Shown here in pieces: positions 1 to 9,070 of a DNA stretch of 64,000 nucleotides. The stretch's first letter is position 1. Each line of letters opens with the position of its first letter. The position numbers and the translations under genes are program-made. The stretch lies in the NCBI GenBank assembly GCA_018897105.1, contig JAHILF010000007.1, positions 14,763-78,762 on the forward strand, given 5' to 3'. This DNA comes from Pseudomonadota bacterium (GTDB lineage Bacteria > Desulfobacterota > Desulfobulbia > Desulfobulbales > SURF-16). The notes below the pieces were generated by a model that worked only from the letters and a program-made list of their open reading frames with translations, did no database searches and had not been told where the DNA came from.

Positions 1-329
1 CCTTCATTGTTTTCGGGAAAGGGTATGCCGCGGAAGCGGCTGATGAGAAAGATAAATCCCAGCCAGTCCTCTCCTTGCCTGCCGAAATTTGTCCAGTTGA
101 TGATGCCCCGCAGGGTCATTTCCGCACATTCGATGCCCGCCTCCTCACGGATCTCTCGCCGCATGCAGCCGGCCACATCTTCATGTGCATGCATCTTGCC
201 CCCAAGTCCGTTGTATTTGCCTAAATGCTGGTCATCGTCTCTGGCATTGCGGTGGACAAGAAGGGTATGGGTCCGGTCCGGGGAAAGAACAAAACCCAGG
301 GTGGCTAGAATGGGTGAGTAGGAAGACAT
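1..329 (-). CDS. NUDIX hydrolase (MutT-like), N-terminal part; the C-terminus lies beyond the window start
   Basis: Absent from the ORF track because there is no stop inside the window. The reverse complement from the ATG at 329-327 reads MSSYSPILATLGFVLSPDRTHTLLVHRNARDDDQHLGKYNGLGGKMHAHEDVAGCMRREIREEAGIE... The segment GGKMHAHEDVAGCMRREIREEAGI fits the Nudix box GX5EX7REUXEEXGU exactly. The frame stays open to position 3. Confidence 0.8.
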   Translation of the reverse strand, partial: MSSYSPILATLGFVLSPDRTHTLLVHRNARDDDQHLGKYNGLGGKMHAHEDVAGCMRREIREEAGIECAEMTLRGIINWTNFGRQGEDWLGFIFLISRFRGIPFPENNE

Positions 330-505
330 CATTTTAGATAATATGGTATGTAGGGTGTCGACAGAACATCCCCCCGGGGGGGGGCCGGAAAAGTTTCCTA
401 TTAAGTTAACATGAAATCATTTTACATATCAACATCATGAATATATTCTGTCATAATAGCAAAGAGGATAATAGCATCACTTGCTGGACAAAGGAGTTTT
501 TTTGC

Positions 506-1003
506 ATGGTTAAGGCTGAGGTTTTTGTCAATCAGGAAGATATGGCCCTTTTCAACTGCCCTCATTGCGGGGCTATGAAACATGTATCGGTGGCCAAGTT
601 TAAAAATAAGAAGCATTCACTGCAGGTAAAATGCGTTTGCGGACAGATGTTCACCGTCGATCTTAATTTCAGGAAAAGGTACCGCAAGCAGACTGATCTT
701 GAGGGTTTTTTCTGCAAGGCGATAAATTGGGCAAATACTTCGGATGCCAGCAAAATGACGCGAAACTGCAGGATTGTCAATGTTTCCCTTGGCGGCCTTG
801 GCCTCCGTCATACCAGCGGACAGAAGATTGCCATCGGAGATGAACTGATGGTTGATTTTGTCCTTGACGACCGCAAGCAGTCACATCTGGAACGAAGGCT
901 AATTGTCCGCCACATAGGCGATGATGGCTATATAGGTGGAGAGTTCAGTGATTCAAATCAGCATGTTTATGAAAAAACCCTCGGGTTTTATCTCATGCCT
1001 TAG
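506..1003 (+). CDS. PilZ-domain protein with N-terminal CxxC...CxC zinc-ribbon (putative c-di-GMP receptor)
   Basis: Track ORF 437..1003. PilZ signatures are RKRYRKQ (RxxxR) and NVSLGGLG (D/NxSxxG). Zn-ribbon-like CPHCG...CVCG sits upstream. I prefer the ATG at 506 because AAGGAG lies 9 nt upstream; the ATG at 542 is an alternative. Confidence 0.7.
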   Translation: MVKAEVFVNQEDMALFNCPHCGAMKHVSVAKFKNKKHSLQVKCVCGQMFTVDLNFRKRYRKQTDLEGFFCKAINWANTSDASKMTRNCRIVNVSLGGLGLRHTSGQKIAIGDELMVDFVLDDRKQSHLERRLIVRHIGDDGYIGGEFSDSNQHVYEKTLGFYLMP

Positions 1004-1365
1004 CCGGTCGTTCATTGTTTTTGGATCACTTCATAGGCGATCTATTGCGGCTGGCCGCGCCTCTTTAGTAAAGAAAAATTCCTTCTGCCTTGTCATCATC
1101 GGCATCTCTGTTGAGCCGAAAGTCTGTCGCGGCAAAGCTGTTACCGGACATTTTCCGACTCCTCCAGCCAGGGATTACCGGTGTTCCTCTTTCGTCGAGT
1201 GGGCGGGAAACAAAAAAAACAGAGCCGTAAATGGGGCTGGAGGCGACGGAGGAAATGTGTTAGTATGCGTATTTGTATGCTCGTCTGTCTGGGCATTTGC
1301 CTGTCATAACAATAAGAGAGTCGGGTGGAAAATTTCCCCGGCTCTAAGGATACTCTGATTACTGT

Positions 1366-3549
1366 ATGGTAAAATCCAGATTCAGCCTTATCGTGGCTAT
1401 TGCAGCATTTTTACTGTGTTGTTTCCATTCCGTTCACTCCCAAGCCTCAGCCAGCCAAGACCTTTTCCCCGTTTACCCATGCATGAGGGACAATGTCGCT
1501 TTCTGGAAGAAGGTGTACGCGGAATACCCGACCACCAAGGGCTTGATTCATGACAATCGTGATCTGTCAATCATCTATGAGGTGATTGATCTTGTGCCTG
1601 AGGGGCAGTCCGGCGAGAGGGCAACCAACAAGGCGCGGGTCGAACGGGCCAAGGAAAAATACCGGCAGATTCTGCGGTCATTAGCCGGCGGGGGGGCCGC
1701 CCGGACAGATGAAGAAAAAAAGGTGCTGGCTTTTTTCCGCGGGGCATCCTCTTCACAGCTCCTGCAAGCAGTGGATGCCGTTCGTTTTCAACGGTGTCTG
1801 AAGGATCATTTTCTTGATGGTCTGGTCCGTTCCGGGGCCTATCTGGCCGAGATCAAGAAAATATTCAGAGGCTACAATCTGCCGGAGGATCTGGCCTATC
1901 TGCCCCATGTGGAGTCTTCGTTTAATTATAAGGCCTATTCCAAGTTCGGCGCGGCAGGCATCTGGCAGTTTACCCAGTCAACCGGTAAACGTTTCATGAC
2001 CATTGACTATACCCTGGATGAGAGGCGTGATCCCATTCGCGCCACCCATGCCGCGGCCCGCTTTTTAAAAGAAAATCACAAAAAGCTCGGCAGCTGGCCA
2101 TTGGCGCTCACTGCCTATAATCATGGACCAAACGGCATGATGCGCGCCAAAAATCAGCATGGAACCTATGAAAATATCTTTAATAATTATGGCGGCAAGC
2201 TTTTTGGTTTTGCCTCAAGAAATTTCTATTCGGAATTTATTGCCGCCCGGGAAGTGGCAAAAAATTACCGGAAATATTTCGGCAATGTTAAACTGGCGGA
2301 GCCTGTTTCCTTCGTGGAAGTTGCCATACCGGGATATGCGCCGATAAAAGAGCTGTCCCGTCATTTTAAGGTGGATCTGGCCACCTTGGCAGAGCTCAAT
2401 CCTGCCCTCCGAGCCCCGGTGTTCGAGGGCCGCAAGCATGTACCCAAAGGTTACAAACTTCGGCTTCCGGGTAAAAACGGAGAAATGGCAAAACTTGCTT
2501 CGCGCATGCCGGATAAGGCCTTTGCCGACAAACAGCAGCGCAGCCGTTTTTACCAGGTGCAAAAGGGTGATTCAGCCGGGGCCATTGCCAGAAAGCATGG
2601 GGTGCAGCTCGAGGACCTGATTGTCACCAATGGACTCAATGCCCGGGCCGCCATTTATGTAGGACAGAATCTGCGCATCCCCACCCGGGATGAAAAAGTG
2701 GTGCTGTTGGCCAAGGTCGAGACGACTGCAGCAGATATCGTCCCGGCAAAGGGAATGGAAAGTAAAAAAGAGGCGCGGGAGATTGTCACCTTAAAGGCTC
2801 AGACGGTTAAAAAAGCGATCCCGCCCCGGAAAAAGGAAGAGCCTGTCCAGCAGGCTGAGGCCCCTGTCGTCGCCCCTGAACAGCTTGCAGCTGTTGTGGC
2901 GGAAAAAATGCCCCAAGCGGGAAAACAGGTTGAGGAGAAGATCGCGGCTCCGGCGGTGGCTGCTGCGGAGGAGCCGGCAATGGAGGGGACGACGGTTGCC
3001 GAAGAGGAACAGGCACAGCTTGATCAGCCTGAGGTGATTGATGAACTGCCCAAGGTGCCCCTTGAAGAACCGGCCTTTAATCCGGAGGTGGTCACCGCCG
3101 ATCTGCTGGTTGCCGACAGCCGTATTGAAAAGGGGCGCAGCGTGGGCTTCATCCAGGTTGAGGTCGGAGAGACCCTCGGTCACTACGCTGACTGGCTGCA
3201 GGTGCCCACCAGCAGTATTCGGCGCCTCAACGGCCTGCGCTTCGGTCATCCCATTAAACTCGATCAGCGGCTGAAACTCGAATTCACCAAGGTAAGCAAA
3301 GTGGATTTTGAGGAAAAACGTTATGAATACCATAAGGAGATTGAAGAAGATTTCTTTGCCGTTTATAAGATTGAAGGGGCAAGACTGTATCGGATCAAGT
3401 CCGGTGATAACATCTGGCGTCTCTGCCAGGATGAATTTGATCTGCCCTTCTGGCTGATCAGGAAATTCAATACTGCCCATGATTTCAACAATCTGAAGCT
3501 TGATGAGCAGTTAATTATACCGGTTGTAGGGGAAATTGCACCGCAATGA
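1366..3549 (+). CDS. Membrane-bound lytic murein transglycosylase (MltD-like) with LysM repeats
   Basis: Signal peptide, then SLT catalytic motif LPHVESSFNYKAYSKFGAAGIWQF. An A/E/P-rich linker follows, with LysM-like repeats such as YQVQKGDSAGAIARKHGVQLEDLIVTNGL...GQNLRIP and YRIKSGDNIWRLCQDEF. Confidence 0.85.
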   Translation: MVKSRFSLIVAIAAFLLCCFHSVHSQASASQDLFPVYPCMRDNVAFWKKVYAEYPTTKGLIHDNRDLSIIYEVIDLVPEGQSGERATNKARVERAKEKYRQILRSLAGGGAARTDEEKKVLAFFRGASSSQLLQAVDAVRFQRCLKDHFLDGLVRSGAYLAEIKKIFRGYNLPEDLAYLPHVESSFNYKAYSKFGAAGIWQFTQSTGKRFMTIDYTLDERRDPIRATHAAARFLKENHKKLGSWPLALTAYNHGPNGMMRAKNQHGTYENIFNNYGGKLFGFASRNFYSEFIAAREVAKNYRKYFGNVKLAEPVSFVEVAIPGYAPIKELSRHFKVDLATLAELNPALRAPVFEGRKHVPKGYKLRLPGKNGEMAKLASRMPDKAFADKQQRSRFYQVQKGDSAGAIARKHGVQLEDLIVTNGLNARAAIYVGQNLRIPTRDEKVVLLAKVETTAADIVPAKGMESKKEAREIVTLKAQTVKKAIPPRKKEEPVQQAEAPVVAPEQLAAVVAEKMPQAGKQVEEKIAAPAVAAAEEPAMEGTTVAEEEQAQLDQPEVIDELPKVPLEEPAFNPEVVTADLLVADSRIEKGRSVGFIQVEVGETLGHYADWLQVPTSSIRRLNGLRFGHPIKLDQRLKLEFTKVSKVDFEEKRYEYHKEIEEDFFAVYKIEGARLYRIKSGDNIWRLCQDEFDLPFWLIRKFNTAHDFNNLKLDEQLIIPVVGEIAPQ

Positions 3550-6212
3550 GCAGTGATACGCCGCAAATCATCCATCGTCATGATTACCGCGCGCCTGATT
3601 ATCTAATTGATACGGCGCATCTTCATTTTTTCCTGGGGGAAAGACAGGCGGTGGTGACCTCCCGCCTGCATTGCCGACGCAATGGTGCAGGAGAGGCCAA
3701 GCCTCCCCTGGTGCTGGACGGTGAGGAGCTGGAACTGCTGTCAATTTTTCTCGATTCCCGCAAGCTCGCAGACCAAGACTATGTGCTGGGTAAAGAGTCG
3801 CTGACTATCAATCAGGTGCCGGACAGTTTCGAACTGACCATCACCACCCTGATCCGGCCCGAGGAGAACACCTCGCTGGACGGCCTCTATAAATCCAGCG
3901 GCAATTTCTGCACCCAGTGCGAGGCCCAGGGCTTCAGAAAAATCACCTATTTTCTTGACCGGCCTGATGTAATGTGCCGTTTCACCACCACCATTGAGGC
4001 GGACAACTCCGTGCCGGTGCTGTTGTCCAACGGCAATCTCATTGAGACGGGCCAGGTGGCGGGCGACCGGCATTATGCCACCTGGCGGGATCCCTTTCCC
4101 AAACCCTGTTATCTTTTTGCCCTGGTGGCCGGCGATCTGGTCCGGGTGGCCGATACCCATGTGACCGGATCCGGCCGCACTATTGATCTGCATATCTACG
4201 TGCAGAAACATAACAGCGACCGGTGCGATCATGCCCTGCGCTGCCTGAAAGAGGCCATGGCCTGGGATGAGAAGGTTTACGGGCTGGAGTATGACCTTGA
4301 TCTGTTCATGATTGTGGCAGTGGATGATTTCAATATGGGGGCCATGGAAAACAAGGGGCTGAATATCTTCAACTCCAAATACGTGCTGGCCAAACCCCAG
4401 ACCGCTACCGATGCCGATTACGCAGGCATTGAGGGGGTGGTGGCCCATGAGTATTTCCATAACTGGACCGGCAACCGGGTGACCTGCCGTGACTGGTTTC
4501 AGCTCTCCCTCAAAGAGGGCCTTACCGTGTTCCGCGATCAGCAGTTTTCCGCGGACATGACATCTCCCGCGGTCAAGCGCTTAAGCGATGTCAGAATGCT
4601 GCGCAATCTGCAGTTTGTTGAGGACAACGGCCCCATGGCTCATCCGGTCCGGCCTGATTCCTATATCGAAATCAACAACTTCTATACGGTGACGGTGTAT
4701 GAAAAGGGAGCAGAGCTAATCCGTATGATCCATACCCTGCTGGGTGCGGCTGGTTTTCGCCGGGGCATGGATCTTTATTTTGCCCGGCATGACGGCCAGG
4801 CCGTTACCTGCGAGGATTTTGTCCAGGCCATGGAGGATGGCGGCGGAGTGGATCTGAGCCGGTTCCGCTTTTGGTACAGCCAGTCCGGCACCCCTGAGCT
4901 GCGTGTATCAAGCAGTTATGATGAGCAGAGCAGGACCTGCACCCTGCAGGTCCGCCAGAGTTGCCCTCCCACACCGGGACAGGATGATAAAGAACCGTTT
5001 CATATTCCGCTGGCTGTGGGTCTGCTGGATAACCTGGGTAAAGACATCAAATTGTCCGTCAACGGCAAAGAGGCGGCCACGACGGTTGTGCTGGATATCA
5101 AGGAGAGAGAGCAGAGCTTTGTTTTGCATGATATCCGGGAAAAACCGATTCCCTCCCTGCTGCGCGGCTTCAGCGCCCCGGTCAAGCTGCATTATGACTA
5201 TACGGAAGACGAGCTGCGCTTTCTGCTGGCCCATGATAGCGATCCCTTCAACCGCTGGGAGGCTGGGCACCGATTGTCCTGTCGTCTGCTGCTGCGTTTG
5301 ATTGCCGACCTGCAGCAGGGCAAAGAGCTGCGGCTCGATGACGATTTTGTCGTTGTTTTCCAGGCCCTGCTGACCCCGGAAAGCGAGATTGATCCGGCCT
5401 TTCTGGCCGAACTGCTGGTGCTGCCCTCGGAAAAATATCTGGGTGAGCAGCTGGCCATCATCGATGTTGAGGCAATTCATCAGGTCCGGTTGTTTGTCCG
5501 CCGCACCCTGGCGGCCATGCTGCGCGAGTATTTTCTCGAACTCTTTCATGCCAACGCCAGCATGGCGCCGTACACCTATGACCGGCAAAGCGCAGGGAAA
5601 AGAAACCTGAAAAATGTCGCCTTGGCCTATCTGATGCTTAACGATGACAAGGCGATAATGGATATGTGCCTGCGCCAGTTTGAACAGTCGGGCAACATGA
5701 CCGATGTGCTGGCAGCCCTGCAGGCCATTGTCAATAATCCCGACTGCCCGGAACGCAAGAGTGTGCTGGTTTCTTTCTACAGTGAGTGGCACAGGGACAG
5801 TCTGGTGCTGGACAAGTGGTTTTCCCTGCAGGCCACGGCACCGCTGCCCCAGACCCTCGACGAGGTGAAATCTCTGATGGCCCATCCTGCCTTTTCAATA
5901 AAAAATCCCAATAAGGTGCGGTCGCTGATCGGCGCCTTCTGCGGTGCGAATCAGCTCTGTTTCCATGATAAAAGCGGGGAGGGGTATCGTTTCCTGGCCG
6001 ATCAGGTGCTGGCCATCGACCGGTTCAACCATCAGATTGCGGCCCGTATGCTGACGCCGCTCAGCCGCTGGCAGCGTTTTGACGTTCCCCGGCAGCATTT
6101 GATGTGCCGGCAGCTGGAGAGGATTCTGGCCGGCAGCGAACTTTCAAAAGACGTGTATGAGGTGGCCTCAAAGAGCTTGAGCGCCGCTTCCTCTGGCCCG
6201 GCCCGCAATTAA
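3546..6212 (+). CDS. pepN: Aminopeptidase N (M1 family)
   Basis: GAMEN exopeptidase motif and HEYFHNWTGNRVTCRDWFQLSLKEG (HExxH-x18-E). Length is 888 aa. An ATGA overlap joins it to the upstream stop. Confidence 0.95.
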   Translation: MSSDTPQIIHRHDYRAPDYLIDTAHLHFFLGERQAVVTSRLHCRRNGAGEAKPPLVLDGEELELLSIFLDSRKLADQDYVLGKESLTINQVPDSFELTITTLIRPEENTSLDGLYKSSGNFCTQCEAQGFRKITYFLDRPDVMCRFTTTIEADNSVPVLLSNGNLIETGQVAGDRHYATWRDPFPKPCYLFALVAGDLVRVADTHVTGSGRTIDLHIYVQKHNSDRCDHALRCLKEAMAWDEKVYGLEYDLDLFMIVAVDDFNMGAMENKGLNIFNSKYVLAKPQTATDADYAGIEGVVAHEYFHNWTGNRVTCRDWFQLSLKEGLTVFRDQQFSADMTSPAVKRLSDVRMLRNLQFVEDNGPMAHPVRPDSYIEINNFYTVTVYEKGAELIRMIHTLLGAAGFRRGMDLYFARHDGQAVTCEDFVQAMEDGGGVDLSRFRFWYSQSGTPELRVSSSYDEQSRTCTLQVRQSCPPTPGQDDKEPFHIPLAVGLLDNLGKDIKLSVNGKEAATTVVLDIKEREQSFVLHDIREKPIPSLLRGFSAPVKLHYDYTEDELRFLLAHDSDPFNRWEAGHRLSCRLLLRLIADLQQGKELRLDDDFVVVFQALLTPESEIDPAFLAELLVLPSEKYLGEQLAIIDVEAIHQVRLFVRRTLAAMLREYFLELFHANASMAPYTYDRQSAGKRNLKNVALAYLMLNDDKAIMDMCLRQFEQSGNMTDVLAALQAIVNNPDCPERKSVLVSFYSEWHRDSLVLDKWFSLQATAPLPQTLDEVKSLMAHPAFSIKNPNKVRSLIGAFCGANQLCFHDKSGEGYRFLADQVLAIDRFNHQIAARMLTPLSRWQRFDVPRQHLMCRQLERILAGSELSKDVYEVASKSLSAASSGPARN

Positions 6213-6245
6213 AGCAAATGGTAATTAAAAAAATAAAGGACAGTT

Positions 6246-6611
6246 ATGGACATTTCAAAAACAATAGCCAAGATGAAGGAAAATCCGGCCTTTACCGACA
6301 ATGTTGGCATGGTACTGGTGCACAACGGCGTGGTCAGGGCCTGGTCCCGCAAGGACAAGGAAAATGTCACCTCTCTTGAGGTTACCCCTGATCTTGCCAA
6401 GATTGAGGCAATCAGGCAGGAATTTCTCGCCAAAGAGGGAATTTTTGATATCATCATTGAGGCAAAATCAGGAAAGTTCAAGCCGGGAGATGATCTTCTC
6501 TTTATTGTGGTGGCCGGCGATCTGCGGGAAAACGTCAAACCGGTGCTGGCAGATGTTCTTGATCGGGTAAAAGCTGAGGCAATTGCAAAAAAAGAGGTTG
6601 TCTCTGCTTGA
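6246..6611 (+). CDS. MoaE-like (molybdopterin synthase large-subunit fold) small protein
   Basis: The pattern GMVLVHNGVVR...KPGDDLLFIVVAGDLRENVKPVLADVLDRVKAEAIAKKE parallels E. coli MoaE (GAVVTFTGKVR...WPGDEIVFVGVTSAHRSSAF...LKTRAPFWKRE). It is shorter than canonical MoaE, so the family assignment is tentative. Confidence 0.45.
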   Translation: MDISKTIAKMKENPAFTDNVGMVLVHNGVVRAWSRKDKENVTSLEVTPDLAKIEAIRQEFLAKEGIFDIIIEAKSGKFKPGDDLLFIVVAGDLRENVKPVLADVLDRVKAEAIAKKEVVSA

Positions 6612-6779
6612 AAAACTGCTTGTATTAGGTTAGATAGTTCCCTTTCTCAATTGTTGATGGCTTTGAAAGAAATAATCGCACCTCCGGTGCGCAGGAAAGC
6701 CCTCCGGCTTATCGTTCCAATTCCCGCATACTGCCTTTTTTCAGAGCTGTTCATTACCTGCTCAAGATGGAGTTGACTT

Positions 6780-7343
6780 ATGTATACCGCATCAGATTTA
6801 CGCAAAGGGCTCAAGGTTGAAATTGATGGTGAACCTTATATTGTCACCGACTTTCAGTTTTCCAAACCGGGCAAGGGGCAGGCTCTCTACCGGACTCGAC
6901 TGAAGAATATGGTTACCGGCAATGCCTTTGAAAAGACATTCCGTTCTAATGACAAATTTCAGAGGGCGCCCCTGGAAGAACGCACCATGCAGTTTCTTTA
7001 TTCCCAGGGAGATGAATTCCATTTTATGGATAACAAAACCTTTGAGCAGATTGTCATCTCCAGGGAGCAGCTGGGTGATAACATCAATTTCCTGATTGAT
7101 AATATGGAGGTTGATGTGCTGCTGTTCAAGGAGCGGCCCATCGGGGTGACCCTGCCGAATTTCGTTAATCTCGTGGTGATCAAGGCCGATCCCTGGGCTA
7201 AAGGGGATACCAGCGGCACGGATACCAAGCCGGTCACGGTCCAGACCGGCTATACCCTGCAGGTGCCGCCCTTTATTGAAGAAGGAGAAAAGCTGCAGAT
7301 CGACACCCGCACCGGTCAGTACCTGACCAGGGTCAAGGAGTAG
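6780..7343 (+). CDS. efp: Translation elongation factor P
   Basis: MYTASDLRKGLKVEIDGEPYIVTDFQFSKPGKGQALYRTRLKN has the conserved KPGKG loop with the modifiable Lys. Length is 187 aa. Confidence 0.95.
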   Translation: MYTASDLRKGLKVEIDGEPYIVTDFQFSKPGKGQALYRTRLKNMVTGNAFEKTFRSNDKFQRAPLEERTMQFLYSQGDEFHFMDNKTFEQIVISREQLGDNINFLIDNMEVDVLLFKERPIGVTLPNFVNLVVIKADPWAKGDTSGTDTKPVTVQTGYTLQVPPFIEEGEKLQIDTRTGQYLTRVKE

Positions 7344-7348
7344 GCTGT

Positions 7349-8239
7349 TTGGCCAATTCCTTTCTCAGCCGCCGGGCAGAAATTATTCAGAGCATCCGTA
7401 CTTTTTTTATCAACAGGGGGTATCTGGAGGTGGATACTCCCATCCGCCTCCCCTGTCTTATCCCTGAAGCCCATATCGAACCGGAACAATCATCCGGGTG
7501 GTTTCTGCAGACCTCTCCCGAGATGTGCATGAAGCGGTTGCTGGCCGCAGGACACCGCGAGATTTTTCAGATCTGCCGGTGTTTCCGCAGGAATGAGCGC
7601 GGTTCGCGCCATCTGCCCGAATTTACCATGCTTGAATGGTACCGGGTCGGCATTGATTATATCGATCTCATGGCGGAATGTGCGGGTTTGCTCCGCTTTG
7701 TCGCCACCCGAGTCGATTGCCCGGACAGGTCTGCTGCGGCCCTTGTGGCACAAGCTGACTGGCAGTATCTCACCGTGCAGCAGGCCTTTGCCCTTTTTGC
7801 CCCGGTTTCCGCGGAGCAGGCTCTGGCAGAAGACTCGTTTGATGAAATCCTGGTCAGAGATGTTGAGCCCAACCTGGGCAGAGGCCGGCCGACATTTCTC
7901 CATGACTATCCGGCTGCTCTCGGTTCCCTGGCCCGGTTGAAAAATGGGGATAACCGAGTGGCCGAACGCTTTGAGCTCTATGTCAACGGCCTGGAACTGG
8001 CCAACGGCTTTTCCGAGCTGACCGATGCGGATGAGCAGCGCCTGCGCTTCATCAGGGAAAGGGCGCTCATTGAGGGGCAGGGACGGCAGCCGGGACCCAT
8101 GCCGGACAGATTCCTGGCAGACCTCGGTGAACTGCAGTCAGCCGCAGGCATCGCCCTGGGGGTGGACCGGCTGGTGATGCTGCTGTGCGGTGCCCGGAGC
8201 ATCGATGAGGTGGTTGCCTTTACCCCGGAAAATCTGTAG
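7349..8239 (+). CDS. epmA: EF-P lysine beta-lysyltransferase (truncated class II LysRS paralog, GenX/PoxA)
   Basis: Strong similarity to E. coli EpmA blocks: [54 protein letters not shown]...EVVAF. TTG start 6 nt after the efp stop. Confidence 0.85.
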   Translation: MANSFLSRRAEIIQSIRTFFINRGYLEVDTPIRLPCLIPEAHIEPEQSSGWFLQTSPEMCMKRLLAAGHREIFQICRCFRRNERGSRHLPEFTMLEWYRVGIDYIDLMAECAGLLRFVATRVDCPDRSAAALVAQADWQYLTVQQAFALFAPVSAEQALAEDSFDEILVRDVEPNLGRGRPTFLHDYPAALGSLARLKNGDNRVAERFELYVNGLELANGFSELTDADEQRLRFIRERALIEGQGRQPGPMPDRFLADLGELQSAAGIALGVDRLVMLLCGARSIDEVVAFTPENL

Positions 8240-8249
8240 GTTGTTTTGT

Positions 8250-9065
8250 ATGATAGAATACCTGCTACAATTTAATCCCATTACCCAGGCCCTGCTGGCC
8301 ACCCTTTTCACCTGGCTGGTGACCGCCGCCGGCGCAGCCCTGGTCTTTGCCACCAAAAAGGTGAATGCCAAGGTGATGGACTCCATGCTTGGTTTTGCCG
8401 CGGGGGTGATGATTGCCGCCAGTTTCTGGTCGCTGCTGGCGCCCGGCATCGAGATGGCGGAGCAGCTCGGCAACACCCCCTGGCTGACGGCGGCAGTGGG
8501 TTTTCTCGGCGGCGGTATCTTCATGCGTCTGATCGATATGTTCCTGCCCCACCTCCATCCCGGTCTGGCCCTGTCCCAGAGTGAGGGGATCAAGACCTCC
8601 TGGCAGCGCAGCACCCTGCTGGTGCTGGCCATTACCCTGCATAATATTCCCGAGGGCATGGCGGTGGGGGTCGCCTTCGGGGCGGCAGGGGCAGGCCTGC
8701 CCGCGGCCACCATCGGCTCGGCCATTGCCCTGGCGGTGGGCATCGGTCTGCAGAATTTCCCCGAGGGGGCGGCGGTCTCTATGCCCCTGCGCCGGGAGGG
8801 GATGGGCCGCTGGAAAAGCTTTCTCTATGGCCAGAGTTCCGGTCTGGTGGAGCCGGTGGCCGGCGTACTGGGGGCCTATTTTGTCATGCAGATGCAGAGC
8901 ATTCTGCCCTATGCCCTCTGTTTTGCGGCAGGTGCCATGATTTTTGTCGTGGTGGAGGAACTGATCCCGGAATCCCAGCAGAATGAGAAAAATATCGATA
9001 TGGTCACCATGGCCACCATGGGCGGCTTTACCCTGATGATGATACTGGATGTTGCCCTAGGCTGA
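8250..9065 (+). CDS. ZIP-family divalent metal (Zn/Fe) transporter
   Basis: Polytopic membrane protein with the ZIP signature [16 protein letters not shown] and a second NFPEGAAVS motif. I prefer the ATG at 8250 (MIEYLLQF...) because the track start at 8190 overlaps epmA. Confidence 0.85.
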   Translation: MIEYLLQFNPITQALLATLFTWLVTAAGAALVFATKKVNAKVMDSMLGFAAGVMIAASFWSLLAPGIEMAEQLGNTPWLTAAVGFLGGGIFMRLIDMFLPHLHPGLALSQSEGIKTSWQRSTLLVLAITLHNIPEGMAVGVAFGAAGAGLPAATIGSAIALAVGIGLQNFPEGAAVSMPLRREGMGRWKSFLYGQSSGLVEPVAGVLGAYFVMQMQSILPYALCFAAGAMIFVVVEELIPESQQNEKNIDMVTMATMGGFTLMMILDVALG

Positions 9066-9070
9066 GGCGT

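Noticed and set aside
7-321. Track ORF (+, 104 aa) at the window start
   Set aside because: It is antisense to an open frame that carries a perfect Nudix box. The plus-strand product is an R/S/P-rich low-complexity sequence with no recognisable motif.
936-1358. 140-aa ORF in the PilZ-MltD intergenic region, and the region as a possible riboswitch
   Set aside because: The ORF overlaps the PilZ gene end, lacks an RBS and has odd composition. I could not match the 360-bp leader to any riboswitch consensus I know (c-di-GMP, TPP, SAM, cobalamin, glycine), so no call is made.
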